The notes beneath the pieces were generated by a model. That model made no database searches. It saw only the letters and a program-made list of their open reading frames with translations, and was not told the origin of the DNA. Source: Hyphomonadaceae bacterium (GTDB lineage: Bacteria > Pseudomonadota > Alphaproteobacteria > Caulobacterales > Aquidulcibacteraceae). From it: a stretch of 64,000 bases of DNA. Position 1 is the stretch's first letter. Every line of letters starts with the position of its first letter. The position numbers and the translations under genes are program-made. Shown here piece by piece: positions 25,669 to 35,238 of this stretch. The DNA lies in contig JACMMP010000064.1 of the NCBI GenBank assembly GCA_014378995.1, positions 4,363 to 68,362 on the forward strand, given 5' to 3'.

Positions 25669-27393
25669 TTGGCAGACAAAAAGCCTAGATTTCGAAGCGC
25701 TAAGGCCTATGGCAAACTGGATAGGGACGGCTTCATCCACCGGTCCTGGATGAAAAATCAGGGCCTGCCGGACGATGTGTTCGATGGCCGCCCCGTCATT
25801 GGCATCTGCAACACCTGGTCAGAACTGGCGCCGTGTCACGGCCATCTGCGCGAGCTCGCCGAGCACGTGAAGCGCGGCGTGTGGGAGGCGGGCGGCCTGC
25901 CGCTCGAGTTTCCGGCGATGTCGCTGGGCGAAACGCAGGTACGGCCTACCGCCATGCTGTTCCGCAATCTGCTCGCCATGGAGGTCGAGGAGAGCATCCG
26001 CGCCAACCCGATCGACGGCGTCGTTCTGCTGGGCGGCTGCGATAAAACCACCCCGGGCCAGCTGATGGGCGCAGCCAGCGTCGATTTGCCGACGATCGTC
26101 GTCTCCGCCGGGCCGATGCTAAATGGCAAGTTCAAGGGCCGCTCGATCGGCTCGGGCACGGACGTCTGGCGCTTCTCCGAAGAGGCGCGCGCCGGCACGA
26201 TGAGCATGAAGGACTTTCTTTCCGCCGAGGCGGGAATGTCGCGCTCCTCAGGCACCTGCATGACGATGGGCACGGCTTCGACCGTCGCGAGCCTGATCGA
26301 GGCGATGGGGCTTTGCTTGCCGCACAATGCGGCGCTGCCTGCGGTTGATGCGCGGCGGCGGACGCTGTCGCACCTCTCCGGCCGGCGCATCGTCGAGATG
26401 GTGCGCCAGGACGTCCGACTGTCGCATATCGCCACGCGCGCCGCGTTTGAGAACGCAATCTTGGCCCATGCGGCAATCGGCGGCTCCACCAACGCGGTCA
26501 TCCACCTGCTCGCGCTCGCCGGCCGGCTTGGCGTGCCGCTGACGCTGGAGGATTTCGACGCGCTCGGGCGCGAGACGCCGCTTTTGGTGAACCTGATGCC
26601 GTCGGGCGCCTTTCTGATGGAAGAATTCTGTTACGCGGGCGGCGTGCCGGCTGTGCTGCGCTCACTGCGTTCACGCATCCGCGGCGATGCCATGACAGTG
26701 AGCGGCCATACGCTGGGCGAGATCGCCGATGCGGCCGAATGCTACGACAGCGAGGTGATCGCCGCGCTCGACAAGCCGTTCGGGCCCTCCTCCGGCGTGT
26801 GGGTTCTGCGCGGCAATCTTGCCCCGCAAGGCGCGATCATCAAACCGAGCGCGGCGACGCCGGCATTGTTGCGGCACGAAGGCCGCGCGATCGTGTTCGA
26901 GGACATCGAGGATTACAAAAAACGGCTCGATGACCCTGACCTGCCGGTAGACGAGACATCGGTGATGGTGCTGAAGGCGTGCGGGCCGAAGGGTTACCCG
27001 GGCATGCCGGAGGTCGGCAACATGGCGCTGCCGGGCAAGCTGCTGGCGCGCGGCGTGCGCGATCTCGTCCGCATTTCCGACGCGCGCATGAGCGGCACGG
27101 CGTATGGCACGGTGATCCTGCACGTGTCACCGGAATCCGAAGCGGGCGGGCCGCTTGGGCTGGTGCAAACCGGCGACGTGATCCGCTTCGATGGGCCGGA
27201 GCGCACGCTCGATCTGCTGGTGGACGAGCGCGAGCTTGGCGCACGCCGCGAGGCGTGGCGCCCGACGCAGCGTTACGCCGAGCGCGGTTGGGCCAAGCTT
27301 TATGTCGATACGGTGCAGCAGGCTGACAAAGGCTGCGATCTCGATTTCCTGGTTGGCTCGAGCGGCGACGAAGTGAACAGGGAATCGCATTGA
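25669..27393 (+). CDS. IlvD/Edd family sugar-acid dehydratase (L-arabinonate/D-galactonate type)
   Basis: GRPVIGICNTWSEL.PC, GGCDKTTPG, CMTMGTAST, DARMSGT, C-terminal RESH. TTG start inferred. Confidence 0.9.
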   Translation: MADKKPRFRSAKAYGKLDRDGFIHRSWMKNQGLPDDVFDGRPVIGICNTWSELAPCHGHLRELAEHVKRGVWEAGGLPLEFPAMSLGETQVRPTAMLFRNLLAMEVEESIRANPIDGVVLLGGCDKTTPGQLMGAASVDLPTIVVSAGPMLNGKFKGRSIGSGTDVWRFSEEARAGTMSMKDFLSAEAGMSRSSGTCMTMGTASTVASLIEAMGLCLPHNAALPAVDARRRTLSHLSGRRIVEMVRQDVRLSHIATRAAFENAILAHAAIGGSTNAVIHLLALAGRLGVPLTLEDFDALGRETPLLVNLMPSGAFLMEEFCYAGGVPAVLRSLRSRIRGDAMTVSGHTLGEIADAAECYDSEVIAALDKPFGPSSGVWVLRGNLAPQGAIIKPSAATPALLRHEGRAIVFEDIEDYKKRLDDPDLPVDETSVMVLKACGPKGYPGMPEVGNMALPGKLLARGVRDLVRISDARMSGTAYGTVILHVSPESEAGGPLGLVQTGDVIRFDGPERTLDLLVDERELGARREAWRPTQRYAERGWAKLYVDTVQQADKGCDLDFLVGSSGDEVNRESH

Positions 27394-28133
27394 GCGCGCT
27401 TTATCCCGACCTCGAAGGCCGCGTGGTCTTCATCACCGGCGGGGCGAGCGGCATTGGCGCGGCCTTCGTGGAGGCGTTCGCTGCACAAGGCTCTAGGGTG
27501 GCCTTCATCGACATCGATGTGGAGCACGGCGAAGCCCTGGCAAAGCGGCTCGGCGCCTGGTTTCAGCGCTGCGACGTCACCGATGCGGCGGCGCTGATCG
27601 ATGCGGTGCGAGCGGCCGCTTCAGAGTTCGGCGCGCTCGACGTGCTGATCAACAATGTCGCCAACGATACGCGGCACAAGGCCGAGGAGCTGACGGCGGA
27701 CGCCTGGCGGGCAAATCTCGCCGTCAATCTCGATCCGGCGTTGCATGCGGCGCGCGCGGCGTACGAAGTGATGCTGCCAGTGCAAAACGGCGTCATCCTC
27801 AACATCAGTTCGATCAATGCGCTGCTCGCGCCCGCGGGCATGGCGGCTTATGTGGCGGCGAAGGCGGCGTTGCTTGGGCTCACCAAATCGCTGGCGCGCG
27901 AATGGGGCGCGGCCAACATCCGCGTGAATGCAATCTCTCCAGGGTGGGTGGTGACTGAGCGCCAGCTGGAGCTGTGGCTGACGCCGGAGGCCGAAGCGGA
28001 CTGGATGAAGCAAGTGGCGCTGCAGCGGCGGATCGAGCCCGTCGATGTGGCGAACCTCGCGCTTTTTCTCGCCTCCGACAGCGCCCGCATGATCACCGGC
28101 CAGAATTTCATCATCGACGGCGGGCGCACGTGA
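27390..28133 (+). CDS. SDR aldose 1-dehydrogenase (galactose/xylose type)
   Basis: YPDL.G...ITGGASGIG, NNVANDTRH, YVAAK, PGWV.TERQ; TTGA overlap with the upstream gene. Confidence 0.88.
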   Translation: MSALYPDLEGRVVFITGGASGIGAAFVEAFAAQGSRVAFIDIDVEHGEALAKRLGAWFQRCDVTDAAALIDAVRAAASEFGALDVLINNVANDTRHKAEELTADAWRANLAVNLDPALHAARAAYEVMLPVQNGVILNISSINALLAPAGMAAYVAAKAALLGLTKSLAREWGAANIRVNAISPGWVVTERQLELWLTPEAEADWMKQVALQRRIEPVDVANLALFLASDSARMITGQNFIIDGGRT

Positions 28134-29038
28134 GGCCCTACCTCGCTGTCGATTGGGGCACCACGAATCTGCGCGCCTGGCGTGTCGGCGCTGACGGCGT
28201 AGTACAAGACGAGCGCGAGCTGCCGCTCGGCGTCTCTCAGATCGGCGAGTGCGAAGCGGCGTCTGTGTTCGCCGAGCACGTGCGCCCAGCGCTGCACGGA
28301 GAAGATTTGCCAGCGCTGATGTGCGGCATGATCGGGTCCAATTTGGGTTGGCGCGTCATGCCCTATCTCGACTGCCCGGCGGACAAGGCTGCGCTCGCGG
28401 TACATCTCGGCGATGTCGGCGAGCGCGTGCGGATTGCGCCGGGGCTGCGCTGCGCCGGGATAACGGGCGCGCCCGACGTCATGCGCGGCGAGGAAACGCA
28501 ACTGATCGGCTGGATCGAGATGGCGCCGGATCGTGGGCGCGGGCGCCACATCGTCTGCCACCCTGGCACGCACGCGAAATGGGCGCTGATCGTCGATGGC
28601 CGCATCGAGCAATTCGTCACAGCGATGACGGGAGAATTGTTCGACGTCCTCAGCACTCATTCGGTGCTGGGCGCCGACGAAGGCGAAGACGACGCGAAGG
28701 CGTTTGACGCCGGTGTCGAGGCCGCTGGCGATGGCTCAGCTTTAGCAACTCGTCTCTTCAGCACGCGGGCGCGTGTTGTCGGCGGCGATGCGCCCGCCAG
28801 TTCGAGCCGCTCTTATCTGTCGGGCCTGCTCATCGGCGCCGAGATCGCGGCGTTGGCCCCGCACTTCGGCGCCGCGCCCGAGAGCCAGATCGCATTGCTG
28901 GGCGCGCCGGCGCTGTGCGCGCACTACAACCGCGCTTTGGCCCACCGCGGTTTCCACAGCACGGTAGACGATGGCGCCGATGCAGCGCTCGCCGGTTTTA
29001 ACGCGCTGGTCGCGCTAGGGGCTCTTGATGCTTCTTGA
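28130..29038 (+). CDS. dgoK: 2-dehydro-3-deoxygalactonokinase
   Basis: VDWGTTNLRAW, GMIGS..GW, DVMRGEETQ, PGTHAKW, MTGELF, LSGLLIGAE; GTGA overlap. Confidence 0.95.
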   Translation: MRPYLAVDWGTTNLRAWRVGADGVVQDERELPLGVSQIGECEAASVFAEHVRPALHGEDLPALMCGMIGSNLGWRVMPYLDCPADKAALAVHLGDVGERVRIAPGLRCAGITGAPDVMRGEETQLIGWIEMAPDRGRGRHIVCHPGTHAKWALIVDGRIEQFVTAMTGELFDVLSTHSVLGADEGEDDAKAFDAGVEAAGDGSALATRLFSTRARVVGGDAPASSSRSYLSGLLIGAEIAALAPHFGAAPESQIALLGAPALCAHYNRALAHRGFHSTVDDGADAALAGFNALVALGALDAS

Positions 29039-29660
29039 AGACGCACTGCGCGAGACGCCGCTCATCGCCATTCTTCGCGGCGTGCGCCCGGATGAGGTGC
29101 TTGGCATTGGCGATGCGCTGGTCCGCGCCGGCTTCAAGGTGATCGAAGTCCCGCTCAATTCGCCGCAGCCGTTCGACTCCATCGCTTTGCTGGCCCGCGA
29201 GTTCGGCGCGGGCGCGATCATCGGCGCTGGCACGGTGGTGGATGCGGGCGACGTAGAGCGCGTGGCGGAGGCCGGCGGACGCATCGTCATCGCGCCGAAC
29301 ACAGACACTGCAATCATCGGCCGATCGATCGCGCTTGGGCTGACGCCCTTCCCTGGCTTCTACACGCCGAGCGAGGCTTACGCCGCGATCAAAGCCGGGG
29401 CGCGCTACTTGAAGTTATTTCCGGCGGCCACGGGCGGCGTTGCGCACTTACGCGCCGTGCGCACCGTGTTGCCGCCCGACGTAAAGGTTTTCGCAGTCGG
29501 CGGCGCCCGTCCGAGCGAGTTTAGCAACTGGCGCGACGCCGGCGCCGATGGGCTGGGGCTTGGCGGCGAACTATATCGGCCAGGCCAGACGGCGGAGGAA
29601 ACGTACGAGAAAGCGCGCGAAGCGGTGGCAGCGGTGCGCGCCTACGCGGCGGAGCGGTGA
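29028..29660 (+). CDS. dgoA: 2-dehydro-3-deoxy-6-phosphogalactonate aldolase
   Basis: PLIAILRG, IEVPLNSP, GAGTV, TPSEA, LKLFPA, AVGG. Confidence 0.94.
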   Translation: MLLEDALRETPLIAILRGVRPDEVLGIGDALVRAGFKVIEVPLNSPQPFDSIALLAREFGAGAIIGAGTVVDAGDVERVAEAGGRIVIAPNTDTAIIGRSIALGLTPFPGFYTPSEAYAAIKAGARYLKLFPAATGGVAHLRAVRTVLPPDVKVFAVGGARPSEFSNWRDAGADGLGLGGELYRPGQTAEETYEKAREAVAAVRAYAAER

Positions 29661-31843
29661 AGCGCGGCGGTCGGCATGTCCTTCACGGCGTGCGAGAAGC
29701 GCCAGATCGCCTCATCGAGATCGCGCAGCAAGCGTCCGCGCCCAGATGTCATGGCGGAATAACGCGGACGCGGCGCGACCCAGCCAAGCTCGGCGCCGGT
29801 GCGCGTTTCCACTAAGCGCGCGTCGAGCCCCGACGCCTCGGCGAGCCGCACCGCGAACTCGGCCCACGACACTGCGCCTTCATTCACTACGTGCCAGAGA
29901 CCCGCCTCGGCATCGAGCACGAGATCCAGCACGGCATGCGCAAGCGCCGGCACATAAGTGGGAGAGACCACAGAATCGCCGGCGCAGGCGACGGGGCGCC
30001 CCTCGCGCAATTCGCGGACAACCCAGGCCGCGAAATTGTACGGATCGTGCGGCGAGAAGAACGCGGCAGTGCGCACTATCAGCGCTTTAGTCGAGACCGC
30101 TAGGACTGCCCGCTCAGCGTCAGCTTTACTGGCGCCATAAATGTTGAGCGGCTTGGTCAGACTGGTTTCGGTGTAGGGACTGGCGCTGGCGCCGTCGAAG
30201 ACGAGATCGCTGGAGAACGTCGTCAGCGGCGTCTCACGCTCCGCGCAGATGCGCGCCAGCAGCGCGGCGCCTTGTGTGTTGGCCGCCCGGCAAGCATCAA
30301 TCTCGCGCTCGGCATCGTCTACACGCACCCAACCGGCGGCATTGATCACTGCACGCGGCTGGTGACGGTCGAGCGCCGCTTCGATGCTGCCCTCATCGCA
30401 CAACGAGACTTCCTCGCGCGTTGTGACGCGATGCTCCATATCGCGCAAACCGCAGGCGCGGGCGAGCGCCTGGCCTAGCGTGCCGCTCGCGCCCACGATC
30501 ATGATTGGCGCGGTCGATTTTGGGTTTCGCTCCGCTCGCCGCACCGGCGCATCTTCCCTGCGCGCGTGCGACGGCGGATGGGTGAAGCGGATGTCGCGCG
30601 TCCACCAGCCGCGGCCGGAGATATCGGGTGCTGCCTGCGGATCGTCGGCGAGACGGCGGAGAAAATGCGCAAGCGCTGTCGGGCGCCGCTGGCCGGACGA
30701 GACGTCGAACGCGCCGGGCTCGTAATGGCCGCGGTCGCGTGTCAGCAAGCTGTCCCAATCGTAAGCGCCGAGCAGCGACCAAGACGTCACCGCGGCGACA
30801 TCGACGCCCTCCTCGCGCGCGACCTGAGCGTCGCGCCAGGCGCTGGCGAACCAGCGCACCTGCTCGTCGCGAGTACAGGCATTGTGCGCTTCGGTGATCG
30901 CGAGCGTGACGCCGTACCGCGCCCACGCCTCCCTCAGCGCGCCGGCTACACCGGCAGGCGGCGGCGTCAGCGCGCGCACGGCTTCCACGTCAACGTACCG
31001 GGTGCGACAATTGCCGCCGGGCTGGACGTGCGGATAGCGCTCACAGCGGTGATCGAGGAAGCGGTCGCTGGTGAGATAATGATTGATGCCGACGATGTCC
31101 GGCGCACACGGCGCGTCGGCGATCGCCTTCACCCGCCGCTCAAAACCGAGCGCGATAAGGCGCTCCCACATCGGATGTTCCTTGGTAACGCAGCCAAACA
31201 GCAAGTCCCAACCTAGCCAGCGCCGCTCGTTATCGTAACGCGCCTGATCATTCAGCGCGTCGGTCGAGTAGGTTCGGCCGAGATCGTCGGTTTGCACGAG
31301 CCGCGCTTGTGGATTGACCTTGCGCACTTCGGCCATCGCCAGCCGCACGCCGTCGATCTGGTTCAGCAGCGCGAGAAAAAAGCTGCGCTCGTTGCCGTGG
31401 TGCGGATACCAATGGCCGTAGAGGCCCGCAAACCGCGCCGTCGTCAGCGGCTCATTCACCGGCGTCCAATCCTGCACCCAGGGAAAGCGCCGCGCGGCCT
31501 CCCGCGCATGCGCGGCGAGTCCGGCCGCAAAGTCGGGCGAAAGCAAATCGACATATAACGGCCCGGAGCCGTGATGCACGAGACCGACAATAGGCCGCAG
31601 CTTCAGATCGTGCAGCCGCACCATTTGCCGGTCGGCGAGGCGCCAATCGTTGAGACCAGGCCGCTCCGGCGCGACATGCTCCCACAGCAGCGGATAGCGC
31701 AACGCCTTCAGACCAAGCGCAGCGAACGCATCAATATCATCGAGGCGCTGCCAATGGCCCGACCGCCCGGTTTGATCCATCGTCGCGTCGCCGACGCGGC
31801 TGACGGTGCACTCGTGACCGCCCCAAAGTTCCAATGGCTGCAA
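29642..31843 (-). CDS. Fusion protein: GH1-like hydrolase + RmlD-like NAD(P)H sugar-nucleotide reductase
   Basis: N-half WGGHECT, HHGSGP, TPVNEP, ITEAH; C-half GASGTLG, SSDLVFDG, YGASK, VSPTY. TTG 31843 is preceded by GGAGG. Confidence 0.85.
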   Translation of the reverse strand: MQPLELWGGHECTVSRVGDATMDQTGRSGHWQRLDDIDAFAALGLKALRYPLLWEHVAPERPGLNDWRLADRQMVRLHDLKLRPIVGLVHHGSGPLYVDLLSPDFAAGLAAHAREAARRFPWVQDWTPVNEPLTTARFAGLYGHWYPHHGNERSFFLALLNQIDGVRLAMAEVRKVNPQARLVQTDDLGRTYSTDALNDQARYDNERRWLGWDLLFGCVTKEHPMWERLIALGFERRVKAIADAPCAPDIVGINHYLTSDRFLDHRCERYPHVQPGGNCRTRYVDVEAVRALTPPPAGVAGALREAWARYGVTLAITEAHNACTRDEQVRWFASAWRDAQVAREEGVDVAAVTSWSLLGAYDWDSLLTRDRGHYEPGAFDVSSGQRRPTALAHFLRRLADDPQAAPDISGRGWWTRDIRFTHPPSHARREDAPVRRAERNPKSTAPIMIVGASGTLGQALARACGLRDMEHRVTTREEVSLCDEGSIEAALDRHQPRAVINAAGWVRVDDAEREIDACRAANTQGAALLARICAERETPLTTFSSDLVFDGASASPYTETSLTKPLNIYGASKADAERAVLAVSTKALIVRTAAFFSPHDPYNFAAWVVRELREGRPVACAGDSVVSPTYVPALAHAVLDLVLDAEAGLWHVVNEGAVSWAEFAVRLAEASGLDARLVETRTGAELGWVAPRPRYSAMTSGRGRLLRDLDEAIWRFSHAVKDMPTAALHRSAA

Positions 31844-31864
31844 GTTTCCTCCGCAAGGAGCGTT

Positions 31865-31889
31865 AACTGCTGACCGCACTTTCTGTTTC
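31865..31889 (-). promoter_or_regulatory. possible sigma-EcfG promoter for the GH1-RmlD fusion
   Basis: Minus strand GAAAC-N17-GTT just upstream of the GGAGG/TTG start. Confidence 0.5.
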
Positions 31890-31960
31890 GTCCGTGCACG
31901 TCTGTTTGCGGAGGGAACAAATCGGCGCTCATTCTCTTATTCGGGGGTACCCTCTAGCTG

Positions 31961-34354
31961 GTGAGAACTCCCTTGCAAAAAAAGCGCACGCCCGCTCCTC
32001 CGGGCTCAGAAAACCTGTGTGACCGTCACCCGCTGATTTGCTTCTCCCATTTGCGTTGGGAGTTTGTTCTGCAACGCCCGCAACATCTCATGGCGAACTT
32101 CGCGCGCGGGCAGGACGTGGTGTACTGGGAAGAGCCGATCCTGCGCGAAGGCGCGGCGCATCCGTCGCTCAATGAAAAGCGCTGCCAACGCTCCAACGTA
32201 TTGGTGGTGACGCCAGTGCTGCCGCCGGGGCTTTCGCGCGAAGAGGAGGTCGAGGCGCTGCGCGCGCTGTTGAACGGCTTTGCTTCGGGCGAACAGCGCG
32301 GCTGGATACGTTGGTACTACACGCCGATGATGCTGCCGTTCTCGCGCGACCTCGTCTCTGCGTGCACCGTCTATGATTGCATGGACGAGCTGGCGAACTT
32401 TCGCTTTGCACCGGCCGAACTCCCGGCGCTCGAGGCCGAGCTTTTCGGGGCTGCGGACGTCGTTTTCACCGGCGGCTACTCGCTCTACGAGGCCAAGCAG
32501 GACAAGCACCGCAACATCCACCCCTTCCCCTCCAGCATCGACCGCGCGCACTTCGAGCCGAAAGATGCGCGTGTCGATCCGGCCGATCAGGCGCAGCTGC
32601 CGCGCCCGCGGCTGGGCTTCTACGGCGTGTTGGACGAGCGCATGGATTTCGACTTGCTGCGTAGCGCCGCCGAGGCGCGGCCGGAATGGACGTTCGTCAT
32701 CGTCGGCCCGCTGGCGAAGATCACCGAGGCGGACCTCCCGCGCACGCCGAACATCCACTTCCTCGGCGGCAAGAGCTATGATGAGCTGCCCAATTATCTC
32801 TCCGGCTGGGACGTCGCCTTGATGCCCTTCGCCATCAACGAGTCGACGCGCTTCATCAGCCCGACCAAGACGCCGGAATACCTTTCCGCCGGAAAGCCCG
32901 TGGTGTCGACGCCGATCAGGGACGTGATCCGCCATTATGGCGAGTTGGAAGCTGTGAAAATCGCCTCGACTGCGGACGACTTCGTAGCCGCGTGCGAAGA
33001 TGCCTTGGCGCTCAGCGCGCGCAACGACTGGCAGGCGCAAGTTCAGCAGCTGCTCAGCGCACAATCGTGGACGTCCACCGCGGCGCAGATGCAGTCGCTG
33101 ATCGGCAAGCACCTTCAGCGCGCGCGCAAAACGCAAGTTGTGCAGATGCCAAGCTCAGCGCGGCAGGGGCGGCGCAGTCACTACGATTATCTCATCGTCG
33201 GCGCGGGCTTTGCGGGCTCGGTGATGGCCGAGCGCCTTGCCTCCCAACTCGGCAAGCAGGTGTTGGTGGTCGATAAGCGCCCGCACATTGGTGGCAATGC
33301 GTACGATTATGTCAACGATGCCGGCGTACTGATGCACCAGTACGGACCGCACATCTTCCACACCAATAGCGAAGATATTTTCGAGCATCTCAGTCAATTC
33401 ACCGATTGGCGCCCTTATGAACACCGCGTGCTGGCGCGGATCGGGACGCTGGACGTTCCAATCCCGATCAATCGCACCACGCTTAACACGCTCTATGGCC
33501 TTAACTTGAAGGACGACGCGGCAGCTGCGGCGTTTCTGGCCTCACGAGCAGAGCCCGTGAAGGACATCCGCACCTCGGAAGACGTTGTTATCTCCGCCGT
33601 CGGGCGCGAACTCTACGAGCTTTTCTTCAGAGGCTACACGCGCAAGCAATGGGCGCTCGATCCGAGCGAACTGGACAAGTCAGTGACGGCGCGCGTTCCG
33701 ACCCGCACCAACACGGATGATCGCTATTTCACCGATCGCTTCCAATTCATGCCGCGCGCCGGCTACACAAAGATGTTCGAACGGATGCTCGATCATCCCA
33801 ATATCGAGGTCCGCCTCGGCGTCGATTTCGAGCGCGTGCGCGAAGCGATCAGTTACGACAAGCTGATCTATACTGGCCCGATCGACGCTTATTACGACTA
33901 CCGTTATGGCAAGCTGCCGTATCGCAGCCTGCGTTTCCGCCATGAAACGCTGCGGCGCGATCGCTTCCAGCCGGTCGGCACAGTGAACTACCCGGCCGAA
34001 GAAACGCCGTACACGCGGATCACCGAGTACAAGCACCTGACCGGCCAGCAGGCCGAGAGCACAACCATCACGTACGAGTATCCGTGTGCGACGGGCGATC
34101 CCTATTATCCAATCCCGCGCCCGGAAAATCAGGCGCTGTTCAAGCGTTATGAAGCGCTCTCGTTGGCGGAGAAGGACGTCTACTTCGTCGGCCGGCTGGC
34201 TACATATCGCTATTACAACATGGATCAGGTGGTTGGGCAGGCGCTCTCGATGTTTCGGCGGATCGAAGCGGCGGAGCTGCACGAAGACCTCTCCGATGCC
34301 TTGGTGTGGAAAAGCCGCGGCGCGAGCGGCAGCCAGGAAGCTGTCAGCACCTGA
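31961..34354 (+). CDS. glf: Fusion protein: GT4-like glycosyltransferase + UDP-galactopyranose mutase
   Basis: N-half FSHLRW.FV.QRPQHL, YDCMDEL, SPTKTPEYL..GKPVVST; C-half IVGAGFAG, HIGGNAYD, YGPHIFHT, GRLATYRYYNMDQ. Confidence 0.9.
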   Translation: MRTPLQKKRTPAPPGSENLCDRHPLICFSHLRWEFVLQRPQHLMANFARGQDVVYWEEPILREGAAHPSLNEKRCQRSNVLVVTPVLPPGLSREEEVEALRALLNGFASGEQRGWIRWYYTPMMLPFSRDLVSACTVYDCMDELANFRFAPAELPALEAELFGAADVVFTGGYSLYEAKQDKHRNIHPFPSSIDRAHFEPKDARVDPADQAQLPRPRLGFYGVLDERMDFDLLRSAAEARPEWTFVIVGPLAKITEADLPRTPNIHFLGGKSYDELPNYLSGWDVALMPFAINESTRFISPTKTPEYLSAGKPVVSTPIRDVIRHYGELEAVKIASTADDFVAACEDALALSARNDWQAQVQQLLSAQSWTSTAAQMQSLIGKHLQRARKTQVVQMPSSARQGRRSHYDYLIVGAGFAGSVMAERLASQLGKQVLVVDKRPHIGGNAYDYVNDAGVLMHQYGPHIFHTNSEDIFEHLSQFTDWRPYEHRVLARIGTLDVPIPINRTTLNTLYGLNLKDDAAAAAFLASRAEPVKDIRTSEDVVISAVGRELYELFFRGYTRKQWALDPSELDKSVTARVPTRTNTDDRYFTDRFQFMPRAGYTKMFERMLDHPNIEVRLGVDFERVREAISYDKLIYTGPIDAYYDYRYGKLPYRSLRFRHETLRRDRFQPVGTVNYPAEETPYTRITEYKHLTGQQAESTTITYEYPCATGDPYYPIPRPENQALFKRYEALSLAEKDVYFVGRLATYRYYNMDQVVGQALSMFRRIEAAELHEDLSDALVWKSRGASGSQEAVST

Positions 34355-34356
34355 TT

Positions 34357-34390
34357 AAAAGGCCGGCGCTCCATTGGGGAGCGCCGGCTT
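34357..34390. terminator. Intrinsic terminator between convergent glf and xth
   Basis: GCCGGCGCTCC-attgg-GGAGCGCCGGC hairpin flanked by AAAA and TTACTTCTTT. Confidence 0.75.
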
Positions 34391-35228
34391 ACTTCTTTGC
34401 CTTCTTCGCCGCTGTGCGCGTGACCGCTTTCTTGGCGCGCGCGGGCTTCGCCGGGCTATTCATGAGCTCGATCCAAGTCGGCGCGTGGTCGCTCGTCTTT
34501 TCCCAACCCCGCACTTCGCCGTCGACGCCAGCGCCGATCAGGCGTTTGGCGACGTCCGGGCTGAGCAGCAGGTGATCGATCCGCAGCCCGGCGTTTCGCG
34601 CGTAGGCATTACGGAAATAATCCCAGAACGTGTAGATGCGCTTATCTGGATGGCGCGCGCGAATAGCGTCAGTCCAACCCTGATGCACGAGCCGCGCATA
34701 CGCCTCACGCACTTCGATGCGAAAGAGCGCGTCTTCGATCCAGCGCTCGGGCTTGTAGACGTCAAACTCCGTCGGCATCACGTTGTAATCGCCGGCAAGC
34801 ACGACCGGCTTGCCGGATTTCAGCAAAGTTTTGGCGTGCGCCGCGAGGCGTTTGAACCAGGCCAGCTTGTAGTCGAACTTTGGCCCGGGCGCGGGATTGC
34901 CGTTCGGCACATAGAGACAGCCGACAATCAGATCGTCGATTTCGGCCTCGATGTATCGGCTATGCACATCGTCCGGATCGCCAGGCAGGCCGCGGCGCAC
35001 TTCGATCGGCGTGCCGCTGCGCGCGAGAATGGCGACGCCGTTCCAGCTTTTCTGTCCATGCCAGATGGCGTTGTACCCCGCCTCCTTGATCGCCGCTTCT
35101 GGGAAGCGATCGTCGGGCGCTTTCAACTCTTGCAGGCAGACGATATCCGGCGAGGTCAGCTCCAGCCACCGCAGCAGCACGGGGAGGCGCCCGTTGACGC
35201 CGTTTACGTTGTAAGTGGCGATGCGCAC
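34389..35228 (-). CDS. xth: Exodeoxyribonuclease III
   Basis: RIATYNVNG, CLQELK, WNGVAIL, YVPNGN, GDYN, GLRIDHLL, SDHAP; GTG start inferred. Confidence 0.93.
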   Translation of the reverse strand: MRIATYNVNGVNGRLPVLLRWLELTSPDIVCLQELKAPDDRFPEAAIKEAGYNAIWHGQKSWNGVAILARSGTPIEVRRGLPGDPDDVHSRYIEAEIDDLIVGCLYVPNGNPAPGPKFDYKLAWFKRLAAHAKTLLKSGKPVVLAGDYNVMPTEFDVYKPERWIEDALFRIEVREAYARLVHQGWTDAIRARHPDKRIYTFWDYFRNAYARNAGLRIDHLLLSPDVAKRLIGAGVDGEVRGWEKTSDHAPTWIELMNSPAKPARAKKAVTRTAAKKAKK

Positions 35229-35238
35229 GCGGGGAGGC

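Noticed and set aside
31914-31945. GGAAC upstream of the GT-Glf fusion as an EcfG promoter
   Set aside because: The -35 element is present but there is no CGTT/GTT at 16-18 nt spacing, so it was not called.
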